Under the pieces are notes generated by a model. That model did not search any database. It saw only the letters and a list, made by a program, of their open reading frames with translations, and was not told the origin of the DNA. The position numbers were made by a program, and so were the translations under genes. A stretch of DNA of 62,950 bases, filler included, from Platydemus manokwari (taxonomy: Eukaryota), in assembly GCA_037951405.1 (NCBI GenBank). It is 6 parts of 6 records of this genome, joined end to end, with 100 filler letters (N's around TTAATTAATTAA, not from the genome) between each part and the next. Parts side by side here need not be neighbours in the genome. Positions count along the whole stretch, not along the records: positions 43,233 to 53,416 come from JBBMOY011160327.1; positions 53,517 to 62,950 come from JBBMOY011249874.1; 4 more parts are not named here. One strand, written 5' to 3'. Positions 50,769 to 62,950 of this stretch are shown here, piece by piece (the first letter of the stretch is position 1; each line of letters starts with the position of its first letter).

Positions 50769-53342
50769 AACTGGTGAAGGCTTATAAGCATTTACACCTT
50801 TATCTCTAATATCATATTATGCCTCTAGTTAACAATAATCTGATATGAAGTATATCTTATATAATTGTAGCGGTAGCCAATGAAATTGTAGCTATTTTTC
50901 ATTGTACATAGGATTTGTAGGTAATTGAAATTTCTATGAGAAGTTCTTTTCTCTCTGCGGTGATTTGCAAACCAATATGATTAAAATTCGAAGCCTTCAA
51001 ATGTGAAAGCCTTATCTCTGTTCGAAATGAAATGTGGAGATTAGAAAAACTTACACACGAAATAATATCGAGAAAATCCAATGCTGAGAGGATTTCTCAT
51101 AAGCTTGTGCGAGAGTTTTTATTATTTGAAATATAATTATAATTTTATTATTATCATTATTATTGTAATTATTATTATTATTGCAGAGAAAATATAATAC
51201 ACATTCATAGCATTAGATTTCTCCAAGAAGTTATCAGCTGAATTGAAATTTATTTTAAAAATTTTATATAGCAAATCCTGTAGTTGTAAATTATATATGA
51301 TGAGATAGACTCGTCGTTTGAGATGATATGAGACAAGCTGTAAACTATAGTATAGTCTAATAGTTTACTTCAAGATAGTAGTGAATTTTGTTGATAATAA
51401 AATCAATGTGATAGATTATCGCGCAAATTGTAAATGATATTATAATAACATTATTATATTTATTATTATTATCATTATTATTAATGTGATTTATCTGCTC
51501 CGAAGACTATCATGCTTAAGAAAATCGATCCAATTCATGAAAGTTGATATTTGGTTTTCGGTGAGTAATAAGAAAGAGAATTTCTTGTCAAATGGGGACA
51601 AATCCATTTCAGGTAATAAAATGTGTTAGCTTATCGATTTCGAGTATCCCAAAGGGCTTTGAATACCGCTTTCGTAAACCGTTAGTCGAAACAGTTTATT
51701 GCTCGTTTCAATATTTACCTCAATTAGAAAGGATTCAATTCAATGTGGAACAATGTCACCATCAAATCGGATTATCATGAAATATATTATCAATTCGTGT
51801 TTTGATTTTGAATGAATTTAATTTTCCAATTTTAAACCACAACAGAAAATATTTTCCACATACATTATTAGGAAAGTGAAAGAATATCTGATCAGAGACG
51901 AAATCGAATCCACATATCAACAGAATTGTGAACCAATGATGTTTAATAATCGGATAAAGATAATACAAATTTTCGTAAGGCATAAACACTCAAGCTCCTC
52001 ACATGATTTTTCATTTATAAGCTTTAATTTTGAATTTTTAAATTAATTTCAGAAACAAGTTCTGGTAAAGCTTTATTATCATAATATCGTAAATATATCA
52101 CAATATGGCCCCAAGCCAATAAACAAAATAATCCCACAATTATATCAATAAAGCCTAACCATTATTATGTTATCCATTGGGTGAAAATCATAACCAATTT
52201 TATATTTTCAGTCTGTGTGTATATGTTTTGGACCCGTATTCGATATTTATGTTTCTGGAATTTTTATTGTTATCTGTGATTTTTAAGAATAGAAATTGGT
52301 TAATCCTGTGCTTGTGTGATCATTCATTTCATTGGAGTGAGATTTTCACTATGACATGATTTTAATTGGTCAATGGATGTGCAAGTATATGTATATGCAA
52401 ATAATCAAAGTAAGTGATTCGGGTTGCCAGCGAAGGAGAACCGTCTATATTCGACATTATATATATAAGATAATTCACAAGCTGGAGTCAATTATTTACT
52501 GTAAAATCCCGAATACATGCCGCAACACGTGTAAGTTGCAAAAAGATTATTTAAGGAGTGTTTTTTAATCGTAAAACATTTAAGATTTTTATTGCCCGTG
52601 TCATTTTCATCAGTTATTTGAATTCGATTATATCGGCTATCAATTGGTTGATGATATTATGAAACTCAAGAATAGTCACGCCCAATACAAAGCAATAATT
52701 ATCTAAACATTGCAAATTTTAAATGGCCCAGCTTGAAAACATCATCACTGATTTATAACACATTATTAGAGTAAACTGTTGATAGTTAAGGTGCCACTGA
52801 GATTCGAACTAAAACTACAGGACACGAGAACAGTGTTCTACTGTCAATCTAGAAGTGATAATTTACGTGATGAATTAATAAAGAGCCGCAAATAGCTATA
52901 ATTCTGGTAAAAAAAATCTAAGGTTTATCGTAAGGAATAATTCTTATTGATATTTGAGAAATTTAGTGAAGCTTTATTGGAACGTCTTTGTTGATGATGC
53001 GCTAGCTTGATGTTAAAACCATTAATTTTGACAACAAGCTGTTCACTGATAGATTATTTTCGAATTTCATCAACACTCATCAATTGTGGCTTGTTTCTTG
53101 AATTTAGCAATTTCAGTTTTTATCAACTGGTTCACTCAGTAGCAGTGACCTTTTCACACAACTTTATTTTCGTGTAAGTTTTGAATTTTTATGATTGTCA
53201 AGTACAAAACATTAATTAATTTTGGTGATTAAAATCTTTGATAGATTCTATTAAAAGGGTTTTCTGTAGATTTTGTTATTCATTTATTATTTATTTTATT
53301 ATATTTTTAGTAAGGAAATTGTTTTATTGCTCTCATTTTTAG

Positions 53343-53416
53343 TATTGGGTCTATAACTTAAAAACCGGAATTTTTTTAGAACAATTGAGTGTTTATTAAA
53401 GAAAATCTTGTACAAT
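53343..53416. mobile_element. Probable mariner-like left end truncated by gap
   Basis: TA-ttgggtctataacttaaaaaccggaattttt immediately before the gap. Confidence 0.4.
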
Positions 53417-53516
53417 NNNNNNNNNNNNNNNNNNNNNNNNNNNNNNNNNNNNNNNNNNNNTTAATTAATTAANNNNNNNNNNNNNNNNNNNNNNNNNNNN
53501 NNNNNNNNNNNNNNNN
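53417..53516. other. Assembly gap spacer
   Basis: N44-TTAATTAATTAA-N44. Confidence 0.97.
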
Positions 53517-54967
53517 TTACTTAAAATACATTGATACATTTCTAACTGTGGCCATAAAAAATGTTACATGATTTTTGTTACATAACCTAATTAATGCTAT
53601 TATTATAAACTTTTCATAAAACTTGGTTTAATTACTTTTAAACATTAATATAAATTACTAAAATTATACATTTATAAACAGCTTGATTACTTCTATACAT
53701 TTATATGAATTACTTGAGGTAAAACACGGAAATAAAATAAGTAAGAAAAGTATTGACACAAAATTGTTAGAGTTTCAATGTTATTTTTCTACTTGACCCC
53801 AATCCCCAACAATTACACAACTTACAAAATAGAAAAATAAAAAATAGAAATAGAAATAAGAAGGGATAGAAAGATAGTGATAATTTGTCAATTGTGGGAC
53901 GGCATTTGTTGAGCTGGAATGTAAACGGGAAGTCTAAAATTCGTCCTTTCAATTCGATGCTTTATAACACCAAATATTTAAAAATCTATTAAATAATAAT
54001 AACGTTATTGCATATTCGGGTATAAAAGCTCAAATCTTAGTTATATTTCGGTGATGGCTGGTCTATCTTTCCAGATATTTTAAATCCGATCAATATTTTG
54101 TCTTAGTATAAGTCAATGTGAAAATGATATTTCTCGAGACCCCCAAAAATTTTTCCTCGAAATTTATTCTCTTAATTTATTTATTTAAATTATTATTCTC
54201 GATAATATATTAGTAGCAATTCGCTATTATTATTATTTTATTATGTTTCTAATTGATATATAAACTTTCAAAGTATTTTATTTATATGACATGGATTTTT
54301 GTCATGACTTTCTAAAAGTATTTTTTATAATAAAACTTTAAAACTAAAATAATAAATATTGTTTTATAATTATATCAAAATATTTCAACAACACCAAATG
54401 CACTACAATTTACATTTACATTTTTCTAAAATCCGAATCATACTGATGTTTGTCCAAACCTAAGGAAATATAATTAACTAAACTATGCTGTAAAAATAGA
54501 ATCTTTTTTCGGAAGTCATTCAAAAATTATAATGAAAACCCTAAAATGATACTTGCAACGGCATATAACACACACTTTAATACATGTTAATAATAGGCTT
54601 TCAAATCACCACTCTTTGATCGTGATAACTCATTGGAATATAATGTTATAGTTATTACCACGATGAATTGATTTTAAGAAATCATTTTCTCTAAGATCTT
54701 TCATTATTTTCATTTCTACTTTTTTATATAATTGAATAATAAAATACGTATAAAAGATAATTTCAAAAATTGAAATAATATTACCAATTTATCGCAATAA
54801 TTTTTCAATTTGAGTACTATGTGATGTTATTGGTTTATTTTTCTATAGAATTGATTCTATACTCATATAAAAAATATATATGAATTTTCATTGGTTTATA
54901 TTATCCATATTCAACTTAATTTTATAAAACGATTATTTAAAACTCTTTACAACGATTACGAAAAAAA

Positions 54968-57900
54968 ATGAAATTAATTTTCATTTTCATTTTAACATTG
55001 GTCTTTGATTTGTTTCAGTGTCGAAATAGGAGTTTAAATAATATTTCAATGCAGCTCAACCAATTATTGGATAAATATGATCGAAATTTGAGACCTTCTG
55101 TTAAAGGTATAAATATATTATTGAAGAAAACGCTTGTGAATATTTAATATATTGGAAAGTGTAGTAATCTATTTGAGATGAACATAATGGCAATAATAAT
55201 AATAATAATATAATCATATAAATATTTTAAACAATATCTGTTATTTATAAATGAATAATTTTTTCAATGTAATATTTAGGTGAACCTTTAGTGATATCAA
55301 TCGACATCAATATCAGATCAATGGGTCCAGTGTCAGAAATGGATATGGTATATGATTTGATAATCAGTTCCTTATTTTCGATCTAACCGTAAATCACAGA
55401 TTTACTCTTTTGATTGCTATTTTCGACAACGATGGCGTGATCAGAGATTAAAATTCGACGGGATTAATTATCCGAAAACATTACAACTAAATCAAAAACT
55501 TTTGGATACCGTTTGGAAGCCAGACACATACTTTATGAATGGAGAAGGCTCATATCTTCACAATATCACCTTGCCAAACGTTTTCATTCGGATTCATCAC
55601 GACGGGAATATAATTTATTCAATGAGGTAATATTTACTATCAGAATTAATGAGATTTGATTTATAAGACTTATTAAAAGAAGAATTAATATGGCATGTTT
55701 TCTAAATCAAACCTTAAGAAGTGTTAGGAGATCCAAAATAATAGTTTCTAATTATAGTTATGATCCATTTATTAATTAATGTGCAAAAATGAATAATTTT
55801 TCGAAAATTTTTGTCCTTTAATGGTTATTCTCATATGTGAATTGATACCTTAATTTAATTTAAAAAGTAGATTGAGATGACTACTCCGACAGTGTTCGAC
55901 ACTTGACTTTTAAAATTCTCTTATATGAATCCTAAATAATTAAATATATATGTGATATAACACACTTTAAACAAGCTTGAAATAAATCCGATGTAATTAA
56001 ATATTCTTTAAGTAAAACAGGACCAAGACCTATCCAATGTTGCCTTACCTGTTCAGAATCTAAAATCAACAATTACCTCGATTTAATACACTGTTTCATA
56101 ATGGTACAATAATGCAATTATTCGATTCTAATTCTTTGTGCTGGGTTCGCGAAGTCTAAACTAATTAAATAATTATTTTTATTCTTTTATAATTTGAAAA
56201 ATTTACAGTTTTGGCCAAAATAAAAAATAATTTTTGAATTGACTCCCGACCGGATTTGTAAACCATTTCCTTTGTTTTTGCCAGATTTCTCCAAGATGTC
56301 AACTATCTCTTTATCTTCCGAGTCTGAATCATCATTGTCATCTTGATTAAAATTCGAATGCCTGATATTCACATCCCTAATTTACACATCGCTCTTGCTT
56401 TAATATTCAGAGGAGATAGGCCACGTAGCTGTTGGACGAGATACACTCATCCATAGTTATGTTTATTAATATTCAAATTTAATCCCAACACCCCACTACC
56501 CAGACACACCAACAACAATAGTCTTTCAACTTGGTTCGTTCATTGGAGCAAGAGAATTATTAATACACAGATTAGTACAAAAACCTTGAGGTCAGTGTTG
56601 TTAACAATCTCCTTTGTCAGTATTTTCACGATCATGTTATGTCGAAATAATTCAAACGATTTCGAGAGTACCTTCAACATGTTTTCGATTCATCCCTTCA
56701 CATATTTTTATTCAAAGTTGAATGCCGAAATTGGCAGATCATCACTGAACACAGAGTTTCCCCACGATGGACTGACTGATTGGATACGATTATTATATTC
56801 CCCACTTCTAATTTACTGAAGTCAATTAATATGATATCAGTACATAAAGAATTGTCACAGAAACTTAGAATATCTTTCAACAATGACAATTTGAACTCAG
56901 TGATTATTCAACGTGGTGGTTTTTTGAGAGGCTTTTTACCGTTGGCCATCACGAAGGTCACGACCGTATTTAATTAATTTACCTTATGTCTGATGGCTTC
57001 TCCTTTGCTTAAATATGTTTTACTTCTGTCAATTTGTTTGTGTGTCAGAAATCAGTTAAGGAAAGATCTTCTAGAGACAGTGTTTGCCTTTAAATCATAT
57101 TGTATATTTGTAATGGGACAACTGCCACCTGATTCACAAGAAATATTGACTTGAAAGTATGTGGACTGATTGAAACACGTATTCCTCATATATATATTTA
57201 GAAGACCTTAACCATCGTTTGATTTGGTCGTTATAGAAGAATTTGTTGACACAAAATATCTTTTAAAGCTTTTATCAAAGGAACACATCAATATCCATGA
57301 GTTTAATATGCTTGAAACAATAGTTTCAATTGAAAAGGTTCACTTTACTGTGGATATAAGTGTTTCAGACAATGAGTTTTTAAGAGTAATACACAATTCA
57401 TCTATTTTTAATTAAACATATCTGCCTCAGCGAATAAGGTCACCTTGAAATTCTGCAGTTTTAGAGATAAATTAACCCGTGCTCAACCATACCAAGCATT
57501 GATATTCTTTCGTCATGCATATAGGTCTCTGTTTACAAACAGAAATTCATATTATTAAATAAATTAAATGGATATCAATTATCATTAGAGTTTGAGATTA
57601 TAAGATCTTTTTCCATTTGCGAATAACCTTACGATTTAATTTAGAAATTAAGCTTTAATTAAAATAAAATGTGCCACCACTAGTCCAATTTTTTAATATT
57701 ACATTTTTTATAGTCGTTGACGATATGATTTTAAATCGGCGCCAAATCTAATATGTTAAAATTATGGCCCCAAAGCAATTAAATAGTAATGGTTATTTTT
57801 AATCTCAGTGGGGAACAAATAGAGGTAAATCAATGTATTTATTTATATTTTAATAGTCATATATCTCACCAATATGTGTATTCTATTTTTTAATTAAAAA

Positions 57901-60900
57901 TTCTTCCTGTTGAGCAGGATTTGATAGCAAGTAAGAGAAAAGTGTTGTCGTTTTGAAAATTTTAAAGCAATTTTAAAATATTTTTGTCGATTTAACGTCA
58001 ATTTAAAAGTTTGAAATGACGAAATCATTCATTGTATGCCGTTTATAAAATCAATGAGAACTTATTAGTATTTCAAACAAATATTTCTCCATTATTCAAC
58101 AGAGTTTAAATAACAGTAAATTGAAATTCAAAAATATGATGACAAGATTTTGCTGTACTCTTCTTCTAATTCATTTGAAGTATTCATATTTATTAATAAC
58201 TTGATTTTAAATGAGGTTTTACTCAGGAATTTTTTTCAAACATGCTTAATTTATCTCAATGCCAATAACTTCTTTCAGCAATATATACCGGTGATCAATA
58301 CTCTAATTTTGTTTTATACTTCCATATTCAAACATTATCACTTTTGGTCGGTAATAATTAATATAAAGTTGTAATACACAATATAATAAAATTTTATGAT
58401 CAACTTATTATAGTACTCGGGTAGCCTTTATAAACAAATATTTATGAAATTTATTATAATTATTACACAACAATCCAACATTTTGAATGTTACATTTATG
58501 TGTTTTTATTTAAATTTTACAGAATAAATGAGACAAAATGTATGAGATGTCTTTTTATAGAACTAGGTCTTGAAGTAATATCTTTTCTTTCACTAGTAGC
58601 AAGGCAGATTTTTTTACTTCACATACTTTTGAATCGTCGAGATTATCATTAATGTATCGACACTGCCAATATATATCCCACAAACAGTATCGATAAAATA
58701 TAAACAAATCAAAACAAATAATATGATATATGTAATTGAGACTTGTAATCAATTATCTAATTTAACAGATCGTTTCTAAAATTTAATGATAATTGATAAT
58801 TTTTAAATTCTAACTAACTGATAAAACATATTTAATATGTAGCTTAGAGTGAGAGTTAGAGTAGGCACTTTTTTTGTCGATTCAGGCTCCACATCTCGTG
58901 GAACAAGACTATGAGTTGTACATAAGATGGGCCTTTCACAAAAGCATAAATATAGTTAGTGATTAAAAGTAAAAGTCATTGTATTAAACACAATTTTTTT
59001 CTTGGAAATGTTCCAAAGAAGTCTATGGTGCAGCTTAAATTATATTAAAATTATATTATACATCTTATTGAATGATACAATGAAAAGTATAAATTTAATA
59101 GAAGTAAAAATTTTTCTTATTTGCTAAAACTAAACATTCTAGAATAATTTCGATTCCAATCAATCCTACATCCACTTTATTCGAATTAAAATCTCTTTAA
59201 CTGGCGAAGTTCTATTTATTAAATAAATCAATAATATATTTGGACTAACCAACAAACGAATTAATCAAAATATAAATACTATGACTATAGCAACTGCAAA
59301 TATTAATAATAATAATCTTAATTACTCTCGGACTGATTATGAAAAATATTTATTAGAATATCTTATTTCCTGAATATTAGTGAAACTCACAACACATCTT
59401 ATCTATTTTGTTAATCTAGATATAACATATTAACTATGATTAATCTCAAGGGATAGATGATTTAATTAATTAATGTTATTTCTGGGTTTGATTAATGGTG
59501 TGTGGTGATAATATTATTCTTTCATAAGAATGCTCAAAAAATTAATATTCTAACAAAACTAGAAGATTTCGGTGGTCCACTGAAAAAAGCTTTGGTAATT
59601 TAATAAAGAAACTACAAAACAAAACCGAAGTAATAGTCAATCATGTAAGATTAGATCTTATTTATTACTTTAAAAATCATTATTAAAGACCTGTAGGGTA
59701 AGAGGAAACATGATCATAAAATTCGATAATGTTTACTAGATAACCCGCAGGAAGAAAAATATTTACAGAACATGTTTATTTCATAATGAAATCGTAATTA
59801 TAATAATAATTTGAAAGAAATCTACCGATGAATTACACTCACGTGTGGTATATCAGATCTCTTGCTAAGTGTTTAGGTTTTCTTTTACCTAAATGGTTAT
59901 TATAATCGTCAACAGAAGTAATTATAGAAAGAAATCTGATTGGTTTACAAGTCTGGTATTTTAAAAATGGATCTTATGATTCACTTTTAATTCACATATA
60001 AGTGTATTTTTTTGTTAAACATTATTTTACTGAACCTTATTTTCATAGTATCATATACACGGTACTTCTTGGTGTAAATATGATATCTAAGTATCAATTT
60101 ATTTTCATGAAATAATTCTATAAGTTCCCAATGTCATAATATCTCACAACATTAACTCCAAATAGTTCAAGTTGATTTCGAAAAGTTTTTAGTATAAAAC
60201 TACATTTTTATTTTAAACCAATATTATAATTTGAAGAGTAAATTATTATTATAAGATTTATATCACATATTTTAAGATAGATTTCATTATTAAATTAATA
60301 ACAATAAAATTCCAACAAAGAAATAAATTGCTTGTAAGTTAGAAGTGCATGCTCGAGGTCGGAGTCGACTCAGTTTCTTACTATCTTCGGAATCTTAATT
60401 TCCACACACACAAACAGTCAAACACGTTCTATTCTTGGAATCTAAATCGTTAAATATTTGAAATTTTTAATGATATTTAATTTTTATAAACATAAACCGA
60501 GAATATTCTTCAAATAATCAGTCATTCTGTAAATAGTTGATAAAAAAAACAAAGCAATAACCCGAAAACTAACATCAACACTGCCACATTATTACAACCA
60601 CAATATTTGTGCAAATACAAATGTATTCAAACCGTTATTTAAAGAATAAATTTCAATTATTTTTACCCAAAAAATTATCGCTTATTGTTCTATAGTTTTC
60701 AAAAATAGTTTACACTTTGATAATTGAATTGATATTGCGTAGTATTTTCAAGTGAACTATATTTTCCATTGCGATAAGCAATTTTCATAGCTATTTCAAA
60801 GTAATCCAATTAAAATGACACGAGTATAATTAAATCAACGATTTCGGAATAAATGTTTGATAAAAAACGAGATCAAAGTCTGAAATTATTTTTTGCCATA

Positions 60901-62514
60901 TCTAATAATGGTAATAGATTACAATGACAACGAAAACTCGACAAAGATATTTTCGTTTAGAAAATGATAATTCCAAATCCTAACTTGATAAAAATCTTTG
61001 AATTTTAATCTTATAATATTTTTCATTGATTCATTGGAAATTGTTGAAGACATTTAATCATTTATCATGTAATTATTTTAACATTCATTGTTTTGTTATT
61101 GTATGGTTTTAAAAGTAACTAGAAAAATGAAATTTATAATTATTTAAAGCTTACATTGGGAATAATTTGAAATTCGAATTGGTCATCAATCATTTTAATT
61201 AGTTGATATTTCCAACGTATAAGAAGAATCTGGTAAGCTCATAATCGTTCATTAATCGTTTCTATTGAGTCATTTAAAATTTCTCTAGATTTGATAATTT
61301 TTTAAGAATTAAATAATATCTGATGAACAATCATCACAATGATTCACAATGATTTTTGCTCATAAGTACCTTATTGTTGGGTGAGATGAAATCTTCGAAA
61401 AGAAAACCGGACTTGCAACTCAGAACCCTTGTTTTAGTACTTTAAACATTTGCATGGCTACACAACTATAGAGACATGGAAATCAACAAATCACAGCGGA
61501 GTTAGATGGTAAACCACAATAATAAAAAAGGGACAGCACACACATAGTGATTGACCAATTCCACACATACAAAAACCAATAAGCCCAATAGAAACATAGA
61601 AGAGTAAAGATCAAATCAAAATGTGATATAAACATGACACAAATATTATATGCAGATTCCGAATATAAAGGCCGATGTAAGGATGGTCAACTGCTAGTTG
61701 GAAGCCAGGTTTTGGTTACGATTTTGGGAAATTGTAACAAATTTTAGCGTCGTACTGAGTAGTACGAGTATCAGTTGTAAATCAAGTTTGATTGTATCTG
61801 TATTATTTTGTGAGTCGCATTAGAAATAAAGTGAATTAGAAATAAAGTTTACAACCTTCGACTTTTGGAGTCATCAACTATTAGTTATTCAGAATCAAGA
61901 CTCAACAATATATATTCTCGAATTCACAAACTTGATAACTCGACGTCCGTTGGTTTCAAATCACCGGAAATTACACTTAACTTCTTTATCATTTATCACT
62001 ATTTCGTGAAAAATTGTCATGATTACGAGTTATTTCTGTTTTTCAACAATGTCGATAATTTGCATTACAAATGAAGCGGGGAATTTGTAAGTTCTTTCCA
62101 TTTTAACTTTCCTCAAAGGTTCTTTGCATATAATTTTGTGATTTTCTTATAAAAAATTAGTCTTTCATTTTCTTGTTATTTGGATGAGTTGATTTGTACA
62201 AACACAAATCCCAAAATTATTGTTAAAATTTAAAAATTGATCGAAAAAGTCACTTAATAATGAATTACAATCGTAAGAAAAACATTCTAATACTGGTTAT
62301 AGCAGGTCATTTATTTTTGAATTTAAAAATTTCAAAGACAAGATCTGAATCATAATGCACTTTCCACCAGATATAGTTTTATCAATATATACTTTTATTT
62401 ATTAATATATAAAATAAATTATTTATTTTAGATTGACTATAAGAGCTACCTGTCCAATGGAGTTGAGAAGGTTTCCAATGGATACTCAAAATTGTCCTTT
62501 ATTGATCGCAAGCC
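54968..62514 (+). CDS. GABA-A alpha/Grd-like Cys-loop ligand-gated ion channel subunit, exons 1-4 (continues past window; absent from the ORF track)
   Basis: Exons 54968-55106, 55280-55347, 55400-55626 and 62432-62514 with phases 1,0,2. They give the signal peptide MKLIFIFILTLVFDLFQC, then LLDKYDRNLRP, IRSMGPVSEMDMIYSFDCYFRQRWRDQRL, VWKPDTYFMNG, LHNITLPNVFIRI, YSMRLTIRAT and the Cys-loop CPMELRRFPMDTQNC. Confidence 0.95.
55900..57560 (-). mobile_element. Decayed CR1/L2-type LINE reverse transcriptase in intron 3 of the receptor gene
   Basis: Minus-strand LLKDILSFCDNSLCTDIILIDFSK (cf. VDVIYLDFSKAFD, ~56883-56812), GLGPVLL...DL (cf. VLGPxLFxxYINDL, ~56030-55985) and AEADMFN (~57431-57411), all in the expected order. 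Confidence 0.6.
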
Positions 62515-62760
62515 GTATGTATAAATACATTATTAATATTATTTGTTAAATATTTTTGAAAAAATTAGAGCTATTAGTGCACTGAAATCAAAGAAATATC
62601 TTAAGATAGTAATTTCTGTACTAATATAATTAGATAAATCATATTTTGATAATGTTAATTATAATTTTAAACAATAATAGTTATAAAAACTTACTATTAT
62701 TAACAGTAAGTATATTAAACATAATCAAAATAATTATAATAATATTAGTAATTAAAATAT

Positions 62761-62786
62761 AATTAATTAATTAATTAATTAATTAA
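62761..62786. repeat. (TTAA)n microsatellite
   Basis: aattaattaattaattaattaattaa in real sequence, not flanked by Ns. Confidence 0.8.
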
Positions 62787-62859
62787 CGATTTATAATATT
62801 TGGATCCAATGATTATCAAGATGAATTTTCAAACTTTCCATGTAAGAAAAATCTAATTA

Positions 62860-62950
62860 TTAGGTTGGTGCATAAATAATGGCCTTTTTTAAATTGGCTT
62901 TTCATTTTTAAATATTAAATTGAAGATCTTATGAAAATTATTCATATAAT
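62860..62950 (+). mobile_element. Mariner left end (Hsmar1/cecropia-like TIR)
   Basis: TA-ttaggttggtgcataaataatggcc closely resembles the Hsmar1 TIR ttaggttggtgcaaaagtaattgcgg. Confidence 0.7.

Noticed and set aside
24427-62514. EFHC1, GABA-A and protocadherin as an 'epilepsy gene cluster'
   Set aside because: The human disease link is likely coincidental, and the genes are separated by gaps and unrelated loci.

Overview
A very AT-rich animal genomic scaffold with spliceosomal GT-AG introns, the shortest being 51-57 bp. The composition and repeat content fit a triclad planarian, but that assignment is inference. It consists of six contigs joined by identical artificial 100-bp spacers (N44-TTAATTAATTAA-N44). 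Five host genes are supported: an intronless-CDS endophilin-like N-BAR protein lacking SH3 (5119-5973 +); the 3' five exons of EFHC1/Rib72 (24427-27275 -); seven exons of the C-terminal beta-propeller of an ARHGEF17/ARHGEF10-like (JIP3/4-related) gene (40948-42779 -); a 7-cadherin-repeat protocadherin with a single-exon ectodomain (48024-50768 -); and the first four exons of a GABA-A alpha/Grd-like Cys-loop receptor (54968-62514 +). The rest is largely decayed mobile DNA: a Ginger-type integrase, Gypsy remnants, a Buster/Charlie hAT and a derived MITE, other MITEs, a Maverick/Polinton (adintovirus-like) two-ORF fragment, a Penelope 3' end followed by a degenerate hammerhead ribozyme, an R2/NeSL-type RLE LINE, a CR1/L2 LINE and mariner ends. 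I see no clearly novel intact system. The best leads are the Maverick virion-gene relic, the Penelope hammerhead, the SH3-less BAR gene, three stop-free in-frame micro-introns and the divergent protocadherin/GABA-receptor pair. All family assignments come from motif recognition by eye, not from database searches.
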